Source: Bigelowiella natans CCMP2755 (Eukaryota > Protista > Cercozoa). Taken from it: a DNA stretch of 64,000 bases. Under the pieces are notes generated by a model. That model was not told the DNA's origin and made no database searches. It saw only the letters and a program-made list of their open reading frames with translations. Position numbers and translations under genes: made by a program. The DNA is taken from positions 124,001 to 188,000 of the forward strand of contig ADNK01000614.1 in NCBI GenBank assembly GCA_000320545.1. Reading direction: 5' to 3'. Below, piece after piece: positions 26,040 to 39,144 of the stretch; positions within the stretch are counted from its first letter, which is position 1; the number at the start of each line of letters is the position of its first letter.

Positions 26040-26907
26040 TGTCTCCGCTGAAGATCTCCCTCCTCCTGGTTGTAATAGTAGTAGTAGTGGTAGTGATAGT
26101 AGTAGTGGTGGTAGGGAATTTCAATGATTACTACTGCCCACACTTGCGTTCTTGCGGTTCGTGAATCTCTTTGTAGGTGTGGTGGTAGCGGTGACGTGAC
26201 GTCTTCAAGGGTACTTTTGCTTCCGAAATGTTCAAATTTGTAGATATTTATTCAGATATTTCTGGCCCAAAAAGAAGACTGACTTGATCGATTGATCCCT
26301 TTTGCACCGGCGGTTGGCCATATTAGCTTTTCTCCAACAAAGAGAAACTTGAACATCTCCTACCCGCTTTGACCTCCGGCAACGCATCCATCCCAACTTT
26401 TCGGATTTTCTTGCTTTATTTTTAAGTCGCATTGCATAAATCCGAACCGTCTGCGCTTTAAGATTCGGAATTGATACCGTATCCTGTGCTACGACGCCAA
26501 AAATTTCTCGTATGTTGTGTCCGCACGAAACAGAGCAGAACGACTGACGTAGATCCAGAACACCACCCAATTTCCCATTTTTTGTCATTTCGGAGCTACG
26601 GCATCCGACTACGGTGCTGGCGTTACACTCGTACCCGGGGCAGGTGAGACCTCGTGCTCATGGCAGGTTCAGGTGAATCCAATAATGTTATGGATTGAGG
26701 TGAATCCTCCAGAATCCATGTAACGAAGACAAAACTGGATGCGAGCACGATCACTTTTCGCAGGATGTCGCAACATGGAAATGCTTGACGTTTTGTTCGA
26801 GTTGCTACGAGGCTTGCTGTTGAATTGAAGTCTTCCATCGTCCCTCCACTTCTTTCCATGACCCCTTTGACTTCAACTTGCAATTTGTGCCAATTTGCAT
26901 GAACCCC

Positions 26908-27027
26908 GCTAGTCAGTCCTCACTGAAGCCAGTTCGAGGCACTGCATTTTCGCACATTGCTAGATTGCAAGTGTCCTGTCACACTTTGGAGATGTGGTTT
27001 TTCATCATTGTTCATTGTTCATTGTTC
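26908..27027 (-). mobile_element. Interspersed repeat end, copy A (hairpin + CTAG; possible non-autonomous Helitron 3' end)
   Basis: Reverse complement of 54455-54579. The 37-bp core (26914-26950 vs 54535-54571) is identical and similarity stops just after CTAG(C). The repeat itself is certain; the element class is inference. Confidence 0.45.
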
Positions 27028-27333
27028 GAAGTGGAAACGCAAGATTGGCAAGTGGGTTGTGTGACTGTTCGATGTTCTCAGAAGTCTCGAAAGGATTGCG
27101 ACTTTCACATCCACCCGCAGCAGCTGGGTAGCACCCGCCCTGGCTAGCTGGCACTGTTGCACGTTGGTTGCAGGCAGCTGGCTAGCTGGGACCCTCCCCG
27201 CCCGCCGCTCTGCAGCTCTAGCGTTGATCAGATGTGGTAGATGACCAGCTAGCTGTTGCGCGTAAGGTGTTCACAGGCCGAGGCGCTACGTGCACAAGTA
27301 GGCAGGGGGGGGAAAGGCACGTTTGCTTCCTTT

Positions 27334-27527
27334 TGAAGAGTTGTGTTTATTTTTATTAAAGATTATATTTTTATTAAATCGTGCACTGCGTAATCATTCG
27401 CGAAGCTTTCGCGAATGCCGCCGCACGTGGGGCAGCACACTTCCGGTGTGCTGCCATGAGTCCCGCCGGAACCCACGTGCCTATACTGTATTAATATCTA
27501 CGTTATCTATATTCTATATCCGCGACA
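27334..27527 (-). mobile_element. Putative solo LTR / small inserted element with strong secondary structure
   Basis: TG...CA termini. CCTTT at 27329-27333 and 27531-27535 (TSD-like, 3 nt offset on one side). On the minus strand: TATA-like tract, GC-rich stems, three AATAAA, then ..CTCTTCA. Confidence 0.5.
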
Positions 27528-28431
27528 ACCCCTTTGTTGTCGCACGTGACTTGTGCTCGCGTAGTAGTACGCGCTACATAGCCGGGCTAGCGGGTGACGC
27601 ACGAGCAACACTCTTCTCATGCAAGTCCACAAGAAGTGCGACTCGCGTTGCTGCTGCACCATTTGGACCGTGCAACAGCTGTCAGTCAGGCTTGTGTCTG
27701 TCGCCCACCTAGGCCACATCGTGTACGTCACACTCTGCTCACACTAGTCTGGCACTGCTAGACTGCGGCAAACATGCAGAGCATGAGAGCATGCACATCT
27801 CTGAATCTGTGACGCACTGACGACAAGCTGCATGCCAAGCTAGCGCTTGGTCTGGATCCCCGTGGCGCACAGCCACACGCACTAGCTAGCGCAACGCAAC
27901 AAGCAAACTAGCAAGACATGTGAGACGCCATGCAGCTGCGATGATGGATGCATCGCGTGTAGCGCTAGCTAGCTAGCTAGCTAGAGCGGTGTCCAGGTGG
28001 CACGATGCTGACGTTTTCTTCTTTTCATCAATTGCACAACGTGTCGCATGAACATGCACATCCATGTGAACAAATGCATTTGAGTTAGTTTCAATGAGAA
28101 CACAAGAACATTGTGCAAGAGAGTGTAAATTTGACGTTGTTTGTGCGTATGACACACTACATTGCAATGTCACATGCATTTTAAAAATGAAACACATGCA
28201 AACACAATGCCAATCCTTTCTAAATGCATGTTGGTTACACGTCGCATCATTCATCGTTCTTTCGAAAGGGTTTAGTTATCCTGCAAGAGCCCAACAGTTA
28301 GCAGTAAAGTTTTATTTTTTATGTATTCGAGTCTGCTTAGATAATAGCAAGGCAGAGATTTGTCCTATAAATGTCCTCGTCGGTTCCCGCAGTGGCAGCA
28401 GCAGTTGAACAGCAAGGCACTTAGCGAATCA

Positions 28432-31400
28432 TCATCCCCACGTGAAGACTCCTTTCTTGAGATTGTTTTCCGCAATGAAATTGTACGGTATCTTATCGTT
28501 CTTGTCATCATTTTGCTTGTAGTAGCGGTACTTCAGGATTGCGAGGACCGAGGAGCGATACAGAAATGGTGGGTTATTTGTCCTGTGGAACTCTTTCATA
28601 CTCCGATCATTCATTACCTCCTCCAGCGGTTCCTCCAGCCCCATCTTCTTATCCTTATGTTCCATGAGCTCCTTGTTCGACTTGACCACTAATACTGCGA
28701 TGGTGGTGAGGCGCAAGTAGCAGCCGTCGCCGATAGGCTTGAGCTCCTCTAGTGATAGCCCTAGCCCGTAGTTTCCGAAGTAAACAAGCGCCGCTCTGGC
28801 CATTTGCATCAAAAACTCGACCTGGCTACGATAGTGCCACGGCGGCTTCTCGTGAATCACCTCATCGATAAGGATGTGCTCAAGCCCGCTCACCGGGCCC
28901 AGAATCGCTTCCAGCACCTCCAATGCTGTCGTCTTGTAGATGGAGATGTACATGTAACGCGACCATGGGATAAAGAACGCGTCGAGGAAGTTAGTCCATT
29001 CCTTGGTACACTCTTCCACCTTGTCATTAAGATGCGGCCGTTGTTTCACATCCTTGAGCAGCACTTTGCAGTGCTTAGTCAGGACGGCGGCGATACGTGT
29101 CGCCAGCGACCTGATGGCATTTACTTTGTCTTCCTGCAGCTCTATCCATATATTTCGCAGCCCGTAGAGGTCAAATGCTTCGAGAATTTGCTTTTCGTCT
29201 GGATCCTCCCCGGCATCTACTGGAGTGTCTCCCGCCCCAACTTTTGATTCGATGAAAAATACGGCGCATTCGTTGACCGCCACCTCGATTGTATTATACC
29301 TGAATGGGCGCGCTGATAGTCAGTGGTGCTTGCGCAGATTTTGCTCTTGGGGAATATCGTCCGCATCATCATGAACTCATCATCATAGTCATCAATAGTA
29401 CATGTATTCCTAGCATCGTCCTACATAAACAAAGTCGTACACACATACAGACGCACATGCGAACATACATTTTGAGGAGGCCCTTGGAGACGATATCCTC
29501 ACAACTCTTTTCATCCGAAACAGCTCTGAAACCACGGAGCTTCTTGTTTTCGTCGATCGATTTGAGTCGCTCCTCCATCAACATGACGATCTCCGCTACA
29601 AAGCTATCCTTTACAACGGTGAGGAACATCTGCATCAGTTCCCTTTCGTTTTTTTGCGTGTACGGCAGATGCTGGAAGGAGGATTTGATGTTGTTGAACA
29701 CGGTGTACAGCTGCACGACAACTTCACTATGCCGCAGCTCCTCATCGTCGTCGTCATCGTCATAGTCCCCCTTCTCGTCGTCCTCCGCCTTTTCATCCCA
29801 TCTTTCTTCCCGAACCATCTTGGGGATGGAGATGACTCGCACGAGATTCTCTTTATCGTGAATCCATGCTGCCACGTACGGTTCGAAGAGGGGCTCAATC
29901 GTCCCCGCCCCGTCCGTCAGGTCGAATCCGTTGTGCGAGAGCAGCTTCTGGAAGTCAGTCATCAATCTATACAGCTCCAGGATCTGGTTGGACACATGAC
30001 GACGCGTAGTGTTCTCTTCATCGTTGTACTCTTCCCTACGCAAGAGAAACTGCAGACCGAGGCGACACGATGTGAAATATTGCATCATTGTCAGCTGGAG
30101 GAGATCAATTCCCTCTAGCTCCCCCTTCACAGCTTTGAATGCGACTGCGTCAGACTCCACCTAGCGGGGGCAACAACGATTAGAATTATACATGAATATT
30201 AGTTTTGCTGTAGAAGCCAAAAAAACTGCAACTACTTCTAAAATTACTACTAACGTCGTTTTTTTCTTTGATGTTAATCAGGCTGTGTTTCTACCTCTGC
30301 TAACCACTAATGTATGTTGTTGTTGCTGCTGCTGATGATGATGATGTTATACCTCCTGCATTATTGCTATGAGCACATTAGCAAGCTGTGGCGCATCAAG
30401 GACGTCTTTGATCCCTGTCGCGCTAGCCATCATTAAGTTTGGCTCCGGTGAATCAATATTCTTCTTCTTTCTTCTCTTCTTTTCTGACTTCTTGGTGGCG
30501 GTGGATGCAGTTTCCACGAAGTTGAGATTGATCTCCACCGCGGCCTTAAACTGAGACTCGTCGAGGGGGTAGCCAAGGTAATACTTCTCCTCCACTTTCA
30601 GCTCCACCTTCGAGCCTAATATAGAATGGTGGGAAGATGTTTAGAACAAGGTACTGGAGTGAAGATCGTTGCCTTGGAAAAGAGCAGCCAGTCCATCACA
30701 GCAGCAGCATGTTCACCAGCAATAATGAAGGAGGATGACGGGTAAGGTGTGCGAGCTGACGTCTCATCACCCCCCCTCCTTTCCACCCTATTTGTTTGTT
30801 TTTACCTGATTTGGCGCCTTCAAGTTGAACCGAACCGGAACGCTGGCTCCGTGTCGCGAGGGTGTGCGGGTTTTCGACCTCCTTCAGCTTTACGTCCTCA
30901 ATCTGCACGCCTGTCTTCTCTCCACGTCGCCGCAGTATGGCGTGGAGATCCAGGGTCACCGTTCCGATCAGGCGGTCGTTGAAGTAGTTATCCTCATAAA
31001 TCTCGACGACCACTGGCGACATCATGGATATGTTCTTGAACGTAATGCGCTTGCCACCAAAGTCGCCCTCTTCGACGCGGATCGATCTCCCTGGCTTCGA
31101 CCGGCCGCCCGCCTCCACGGAGTAGGTGATCTTGTCGCGCTTCCCTAGCTGCGTGACACTGCCGGCCAAGGTGGATATCTTACCGACAGATATGCTCAAG
31201 TTTCCGTAGATACTCTTAGGCGGCTCTGTCAGAGCCACGAAGTCATTGTAGCACCTGAGGGAGGGGAAAAGGAGAAGAGCATAAAAGTGATGGGCTACTC
31301 GCAGATATCACAAATTCGGGTTTTTATTTCTCGTGTGTTGATAGTGATGAAGGAGGCGGAAAGGAAATATGTAGATGTGTCATGAACACACAGCATCACA

Positions 31401-34400
31401 ATCATCATTTTCTCCTTTCTGCTCCTTCCCTCCCACATCTACACGGAGAAATGCTTTACTCGAATGCACAGCGCGAGACAGCCTCTGAGATTATATCCTC
31501 TACTTTTAACTTCACAAGCTCTCTCCACGTCGGCGCATTTTGCGGCATGGCAGTCTCAGTTACATAGAAGGGCTTCTTGCCACCGCCGTACCTACGACGA
31601 TGAAGGGGAAATGCATGGCAATTACTGGTAAGACGAAGAGGATTTACTGCAAAACGGAGGAGAGAAGGAGACACACATAGGGTCAACAGCGAAGGAAATC
31701 TATGATGATAAAGTACCCCGCAGCATGCAGAAACTCCGATTTCGCTTCGTGCCTCTCGTCCTTGATTTGGTCGTCGTCAGCGAGAATCCCCCCCGTAATC
31801 GTCGGATTTTCTTGAATGAACTTTTGGGAGATGCGCATCAGGCGTATACAGGCGAGTAATCCGGGGCTCGGATTGTTAGCATTGCGCATCTTGCGATCTA
31901 GGCTGTTCCTCCTCTCCTGCGCGAAGGCAAGATGGAACTTGGTGAGGCACCAATAGCACCATTGGAAGGCTCGTACGACGTGCTTGCCAAACTCCTCCTG
32001 CTGTCCTCGGTCCTGCACTAGGCCGATCGGCCGCGCTTCGTTCAGCACCGAAAGTGTGGCCGATCGCCGGAGCATATTTTCAGGTAGGCTGAGGACCATC
32101 TCGCTAACCTATGTAATGTAATAAGCGGGCAATCAAGAAAAGTAGCACGAGAGCTTCAATGTGATTGTGGACTGGAATTGAAAATAATTGGAACTAGTTC
32201 ATATGTATTTAATCCGAACGATGAGCAATTGAATGGACTGAAACCTCTCTGCTCCCCCCCCCAAAAACAAAATTTATCGACATCGTACAGTTTATAATCT
32301 GTTGTTGCTGTTATCATAACAAAAACCTTGGCATCTGAGCTCTTCCTTTCAGCCACAGTATCCCCCGCATCATTATCTATAGAGGAAGACGATGATGATG
32401 ATGATGATGAAGAAGAAGAAGATCCCCGAATCCTGCCATTCGCGAAGACCATGCTGAGGACATGGATCCCATCCAGCATCTCCTGCAGGATCGGCGCGAC
32501 GTTCTTAAGATTGAGATTGTTATACGTGATCTGTATTGCGTGGAGGTACCGCGTGACGGAGTCGACGCCGTACACGAGCGAGAAGCGGTTGAGGATCGAC
32601 TTGGAGACAGGGTCGAGTGTGCCTATTCGCTGATTCAGCTTCTTGGTATCATCCGTGTCGAAGGTCGTACCGAACTCCCTCCAAACCCCTGTGGCTGTCG
32701 CGTTGTCCACCTCCAGAAGGGTCGCATAGAGCGTGTAGTAAGCCATCATGATCTGATACGGGTTCAACGGCGGGATTCTGGCCAGACTCTGCTCCTCAGT
32801 ATTGTTTGAATCTGCAGTTACTGTCACCGAGGTGCGGTTGCCGCCTGGCTTACGGTTGTTAAACACAGCCTGCTGCGCCTCCATTATGCGCTTTCTTCGC
32901 TCCTCGTCGGCTTTTTTCTCCGCCGCAAGGATCTTCGCTGCGCGCTTCCGCTGCAGCTCCTTCTTCCTCCGGGCAATCCGTGCCTTCTTCTCTGCCTCTT
33001 GCTCTGCCGCAGAGTTTCCGCAGCAAAACAAGCTGAAGAACCCTTGCGGATTTTGCACTTCGGCGTTGCCATCGTCCTCAATCTCTTCGTCCTCTATAAT
33101 CTCCTTCTTTTTCTTCTCTTCCAAGATGCGTTCGATTTCTGCTAGCTCCTGCTCAAGATGCTTGATGAGATTATCTGAGGCTTTCTTGGTGGCGCCAGTG
33201 CTTTCCTGCGACTGTCGCTTCAGAGTCTCGAGGAAAACCCTTTTCCCTGTCTGCTCCATGAAGCTCAGTGGTTCAATCTTATTCCAGAGCGGATTCAGCT
33301 GATCTGACGACACGTCAAAGATTGCAATCGCTTTGCCCATACACTTCTCGAAGTTGTTGTCGTCTTTAGGGATATAGGCGTGGTAGAGCATGATCGATTT
33401 GAGTGCCATCGTGACAACGTAAGGCAGCTCATTGCGCTCGAAGCAGAACTTGCGGTCCTCCTTCTCCGCGCAGTCGTTGAGGAAGTCGTCAAGGTTGATT
33501 GCATCCTTCTCCTCATCGTCGTTGCCGTTTTCGCCGACTTTTCCCTCTTCCAGAGAAACAAACCGCGCGAGATTGAGCTTGTGTCGCTTGCCCTGGTCAA
33601 AGATCCTGCTCTGCAGACCGCGGCGCCGCATGACTGCGTCACGCGCTTTCCAGCCTTCTTGTTGAAGCCCATCGATACTGGCTTGTTTCCCTGTGTCCAT
33701 CTTCTTGGCTTGCAATCGCTTGTATCGGTTGCGAAACGAGTATGCGTCGAATTCCTCCAGATTGGCGATGATACCCCGTCGCTTTCCCATCGTCTTCTGC
33801 ACGATCTTCTCCAACACGCTCGTGGACTTCTGATCCTCTATGAGCACACCCTGCTTGCCGTCGACAAACTGCGCCATGCTAGCGTTCTTCTGAGCGGTAG
33901 TCGACACCAAAGGGTGGTTGTGGGGCGGGTGGAGGGGTAGCCCTAGAACAATCTTACATGCCTGGGCGACATCAGTTGCGATTTGCTTCCCTGAGAGGAG
34001 TGGGGGCAGGAGATTAATCGATCTCAGTCGTTTATAGAGCAGCACCGCTAACACTTAGCAAGTACTCGATCATAAGTCTGACCATTACCACTACAACTAG
34101 CACGCCACCATCAATTGGATTCAAACACATTCACCATTACCATCCTCCGTCTTGAGAATATCCACGGCTTCGTGCCTCTCATCCGACTCCGGCGTGCGCG
34201 CCAGGATCGCCTGTAGTGCGGCAACGGAGTCGGGGATTTCACTATTGTCCTCATGTGCGCTGGTCAGAGCTTGCGAGATGAGAAAATGTCTGAAGGATGA
34301 TGAGGAGATGAGACGAGATGATCACGATAAAATGAAAGGGGGTTGCGTGTACTAAGCATCACTATCAGTTACCGAGTCGCGTCGGATAGTCCATCGAGGG

Positions 34401-35209
34401 AATTCACTCTCGTGACTACGTTTAGATTTCCGATCGAATGCAGCAGCGTCTCGAGCTCAATCTACACATATCGTAATTATGCCTTGGCTTAATTCTCGTT
34501 GCTGTCAACCGATAAGAAGATATGTAGACGCTCTTCCTCTTTATTTTCAGACTCTGCCTTGTAATTTTCCCCTCACTACTACAACCAACCCTCAATTCTT
34601 TCTCTCCCTCCTCCTTTTCTTTTTCTCTGTATGCTCTTGCCTGGTTCGTTTCTTTGTTCATGTTACTCGACACGATCATGTCCATTTGATCGTCATCGAA
34701 CACAATTTTCTCTGATGGAAACACAGGAAAGAGACGGGAAGAAAAACCATAATATCCCAAAAATTATGAATAGCATTGCATTCACCGTAACAAGCCCTAA
34801 TTATAGGTGTAAACCCCCTCCTCCCTCCTCCCTCCTCATTTTCTTCACTTATGTCGTCTAGATTCCTTACAGAATTGGAATTGAATACAGCTCCTACTTT
34901 CACAATTTAATGTCACCTTCTTCGAAGATGCTTTTGAGGTCGACCGCAGACCGAACCGGCTCGCCACTCTCTATTCTACAAACAGTGAGTCATACCAAAA
35001 CACGTTGGAGTTAGTCACCATTGTCGCTGTTTGATGTCACGACGGTCAGGATTATCTTTCCTTTTTCTTCGTCTCGTACCGTTTTTCCAGGCACTCGACG
35101 AGATCGACGTAGCGGGCTAGGAAGGTGGTTCTTGCCTGCGCGACAACACTACGGGAGGGAGAATGAGAGAATATGTGACTGTAGATATGAGGGGGGGAGG
35201 GGGGGAAGA

Positions 35210-35265
<56 letters not shown>

Positions 35266-37186
35266 AAGGAAAAGAAAAAGAACAGTTTATCTAAATTATC
35301 AAATCGGTACATTCTCAACGCATCGTCCTCCTCATAGTCTCCGTCAACAGCTTCCACCTTAATCCAAAAAAACAGGAATTATACGACGTCGTCGATGAAT
35401 TCATGTTTTCGTATGAACAACACCACACTTCAATTTTGATTGACTCAAACAAATCACAAACCCTCATAAGCACTTGGTTCGCATCCCCTGTAAAAGCATT
35501 CGTCGCCCTGATGTAAAGTTTGAATTTGAACCAAAACTAGAATTGAATTGCTTGTCGCTCTTCTTATTTTCCCGACATGCCAGTTGACTAGTTGACTCAC
35601 AGTGGAATGTCGTCGACATCTTCAGGATCCGCTTTGGTGTCGCCACTCACCATCTCGCTCTGTTTTAGTTGTAGCACATTGATAATGATGATTTTGATAA
35701 CCAGTCCATCAAAAAGTGGAGTTTGTAACAAAAAAATGACGATAATGTAACTTATGACGCGTGTGAGAATCAAGGACAGTCGTGACACGGACATGAAATT
35801 TCCATATACTTACGTCATCATCATCGTCTAATTCCTCTTCGTAACCCTCCTCAGCCATTAGCTCTTTTATTGCCTCAACTTCCTCCCTAATGACAATAGC
35901 CGATAGTGAGTGATGATGATGGTAGCTATAAGATTTGAGTGTTCGCAATTTCGTTGATAATCCAACCTAATTTCCTTGTCAGTTGCTTCCCCTGCCCTCG
36001 CTCGGTCTAACACGTCCTGCAAGAAATGTGTCAAGGGACTTCCACAGAAGATGTTATATTTTGCACACTACCAACCTACGGACCGACCTTGGCGCTTCTC
36101 ATGTAGAGTTGGAGCCTATCCATTTCAGCTTGCTCACGTACCTTTTCGCTATCTAAATTCATTTTGGTCTCTTTTTTCCGACGCTGAAAAAAAATTATTA
36201 TAAGTTATTCGATTGCTTTCTGCACAAACGTATATATGGCAAAAACATCTCGACACCACATCTTGTATCATTCTCTTGAGTGAAGGTGTAAATAAGGTTG
36301 TTCGTTTGTGAAGATCACGAAAGCTTACACATTAATACCTCTTGCTGTTGTTAGGTACACGAAATGAACAAACACCACGTACAGAAAGCACACAATACAA
36401 ACATGAATGCAGGTCAATGTGACGCAACCCGAATCCAAAAAGAGGACCAAGAAAGCAATGGATATCCCCAAATTTTCCAAGTGTTGAAAAGAAAGCGTTG
36501 GGAAATAAAGAAAAACCAAATTCAGATACATTGGAGTTCCTCAGCGACACAGACATATTCTTGTTCTTTGCGGATCCAACACGCACCGACTGCCTGCAAC
36601 TTGTGCACTCGTTTTCCAGCTCTGCGATGCGATGCAAAACAAAAAATTAACGGGACAAGATAATCGCTGCTCTTATAAATTACTTCGAATATCCTCTGCC
36701 AAAGTGTCGATTTTCTGCTGGATAGCCTTCGCCTAATGATTGGATATGGTTCCAATTAGCACTGTCCAAAGCCCCGACGGCGACTAACCAACACATACCT
36801 TTTTCTTGAGTTCAACTTCCTCTCTGGCGCTTTTGTGTGCTATGCTGTTCAACTCTTCAAGCTCTTGCGTTTTCTGGAGGCATAATCGTGTTATTGCTAG
36901 TTCCTGCTTTCAATTGTGATGTGGTGACTGGGTGGTCACGAAAATTATTACCTCGTCAATTTGCATCTGCAAATCCTGGATTTCGGCTTGAAAGGCTTGC
37001 AACTCCTAGAAAATTGAAACCGTGGAAATCGCATTCCCCAGCTCATATAAACGAATAATGATGTACCTTCTCAAACTCCTCTGACTGAGCCTCCGACTGT
37101 GCTTTGAATTTTTCGAAGACATCCTCCAACTTATCCGTCTCTTCCTCTAGTTCCTCTATTTTCGCTTGATAATCCTCGTCGTCCAT
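28432..37186 (-). CDS. Munc13/BAIAP3/PATROL1-like protein: N-terminal coiled coil, C2 domain, MUN (MHD1) region; >15 exons, 5' end may extend further
   Basis: C2 exon ~30800-31250 (GNLSISVGKI..VVVEIYEDNYFNDRLIGTVTLDL). MHD1-like exon (LFEPYVAAWI..VREERWD..RHSEVVVQLYTVFN) at ~29460-30160, followed by MAVNEC. Large helical exon ~32330-34030. In-frame coiled-coil microexons up to MDDEDYQAKIEELEEE at 37067-37186. Confidence 0.7.
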
Positions 37187-38188
37187 AGCACCTTTCTTTT
37201 CTAAGACATTATGCATACACAATATTATGGGGAGACAAGAGTACTGTACTTCGCATATGAAGGAAAGGATTTCCTCGAAGATGTGCTCAAAAAGGCGAGC
37301 AAAGAAGGATGTGCATGTGTTCTGATACCACTACCACAGCATACACACAGAACTCCCCAATTCCCCCTTCCTCAGAAAGAACCAAAATACTTTTTCATGC
37401 ACTCAGCGATGCTTCCGTCTTCGGTTTGTCGGATACCTTCCCCTCTCGCTCCAATCTCCAACGCTTAAGCCGGGTTCGGCGAGAAGCTGAGCCAAGTGGA
37501 GTGTTAGGATCTTTGTCCGTCCCTGAGGCAAGTTCAGATCTTCGAAATCAGAATCTTTCCCTGAACCCCAATGAATTTTCTTCTGCGTCATACCAAATTC
37601 TACGTATTTGAAGGAAATCCACGGTGTTTTTGATTTTTCTCATATTGAGCTTAATGATGCTGCTGGATGGGACTTAAACAACGTAGTGCCAAAATAGAGC
37701 CAAATTCTACAAAATTAATCGGGCACTGTGTACATACGACAAAGAGTGCGAGAGATTGTACAACCTAAACGCGGGGACTCTACTTCTCTTTTCTCCAGCT
37801 CCGTCGAGCTAAAAATAGAGCGTTGGACAAGTAGAATTCTGCTGCTGCTGGCACTGCTTTTCTGACTACGACAGGATTTGTATCGCATTTTCATCATTTC
37901 TTGTGTACTTTTCCAGATCCAAATGGGAACTAGGATGTTTTCAGCATAAAAATATTGCAACTTTTTGCGACCACGATACTGAATAACCTCGAGAATACTG
38001 CTAGTAGCAGTAGTACCCTACTTGTGCACAGGGGTCTGAATACACTCGTGCCAGGTATTGTTACTCTAGGCCCTCTATCCCATTATCCAGCTTATCCAGA
38101 CGTTCATGGACGTGTAACACGTGTTTCGTTTTGCGTTGACCAAAGGTTAAGAAAAAACAGAAACGAAAAATTGACGGATGTACCAGCT

Positions 38189-39144
38189 ATGATGGGGCAA
38201 GTGGCGCGGCGAACTCTCCTCGGGGTTGCACTACTCCTCCCGAGCTTTATTCTGGTGGTTACAATTGTGTCACACAGAAATTCAGATTTAGCCTCGGTGT
38301 TAATATCCGCAAGACCAGCAGCTTGTGCAAGATGGAACGATATGCAAAGCGGTGATAATTAAGAAAGCTCACTATCTACGAACCGTTTCTGTTTGCATTG
38401 CGCGCTCTGATTATTCTCGTTACGGGAAAATATCACCAGGCCAAATCAAGACAACTCTCATTAGAAACGGTAGAATATTTCGAGAAAGGCATTCTCTGTC
38501 GGCTCCTAGGACAAGAATTAGATGCGAAACTCCACTAGACGATCTACAATCGAACTCTGTTCCTCAAGAGAATCGCCAATTAAACTTGGATCCCAAGAAA
38601 GAAGCGGTAGGGACGTTGCAAAATTCAAATTGATCTATCCTTACTACTTATTTAATCATAGGCATGGAGATCTGTTAAGAAACCCTTGCTGCGGCTCGGC
38701 AGGTTTGTGTTGTGCTGGATAATACTGGGCACAATCTGACCCTTTTTCATTTTTAGTGCTGGAATTCAGGATTCGCACGCAAATTCACTCCTTGATCTGT
38801 TATCGAGCCATGGATTAGTGAAGGTAATATACATCACCTTATCGAAAGAAAACGTCAAAATCAAAATAAATTTGTGATTCGTAACTCAGGTCAAATTTAA
38901 TATGCATGCAAAAGACCGAACAGTGAAAGATTTTGCGCAGTCGCTTATAGAACGAGCTAAAGAGGTTTTACATAGTCCTTCTTTTCTATCTTACAACAAA
39001 TACGGTGACTAGTTTTTTTGGTAGATTCGGCCGACAAAATATTCAGAGATACAGCCAATGATATTTGCTGAGAAGGAGTATCAGAGAATTGTATTGTTTG
39101 CCACAAGTGAGGCTGCAGGAGAAGCTATGTCGGCTTCTAAATAG
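38189..39144 (+). CDS. Plastid-targeted CRM-domain (CRS1/YhbY) RNA-binding protein, 6 exons
   Basis: Exons 38189-38351, 38440-38606, 38662-38702, 38757-38823, 38890-38964 and 39025-39144 splice in frame. Hydrophobic signal (RRTLLGVALLLPSFILVVTIVS), then a basic transit-like region ending RTRIRC, then AWRSVKKPLLRLGSAGIQDSHANSLLDLLSSHGLVKVKFN (CRM signature). Confidence 0.8.

Noticed and set aside
27395-27480. HDV-like ribozyme assignment for the structured element
   Set aside because: No short P3/L3 with the UYCNCG loop and no J4/2 catalytic C motif on either strand. The structure is reported as unclassified.
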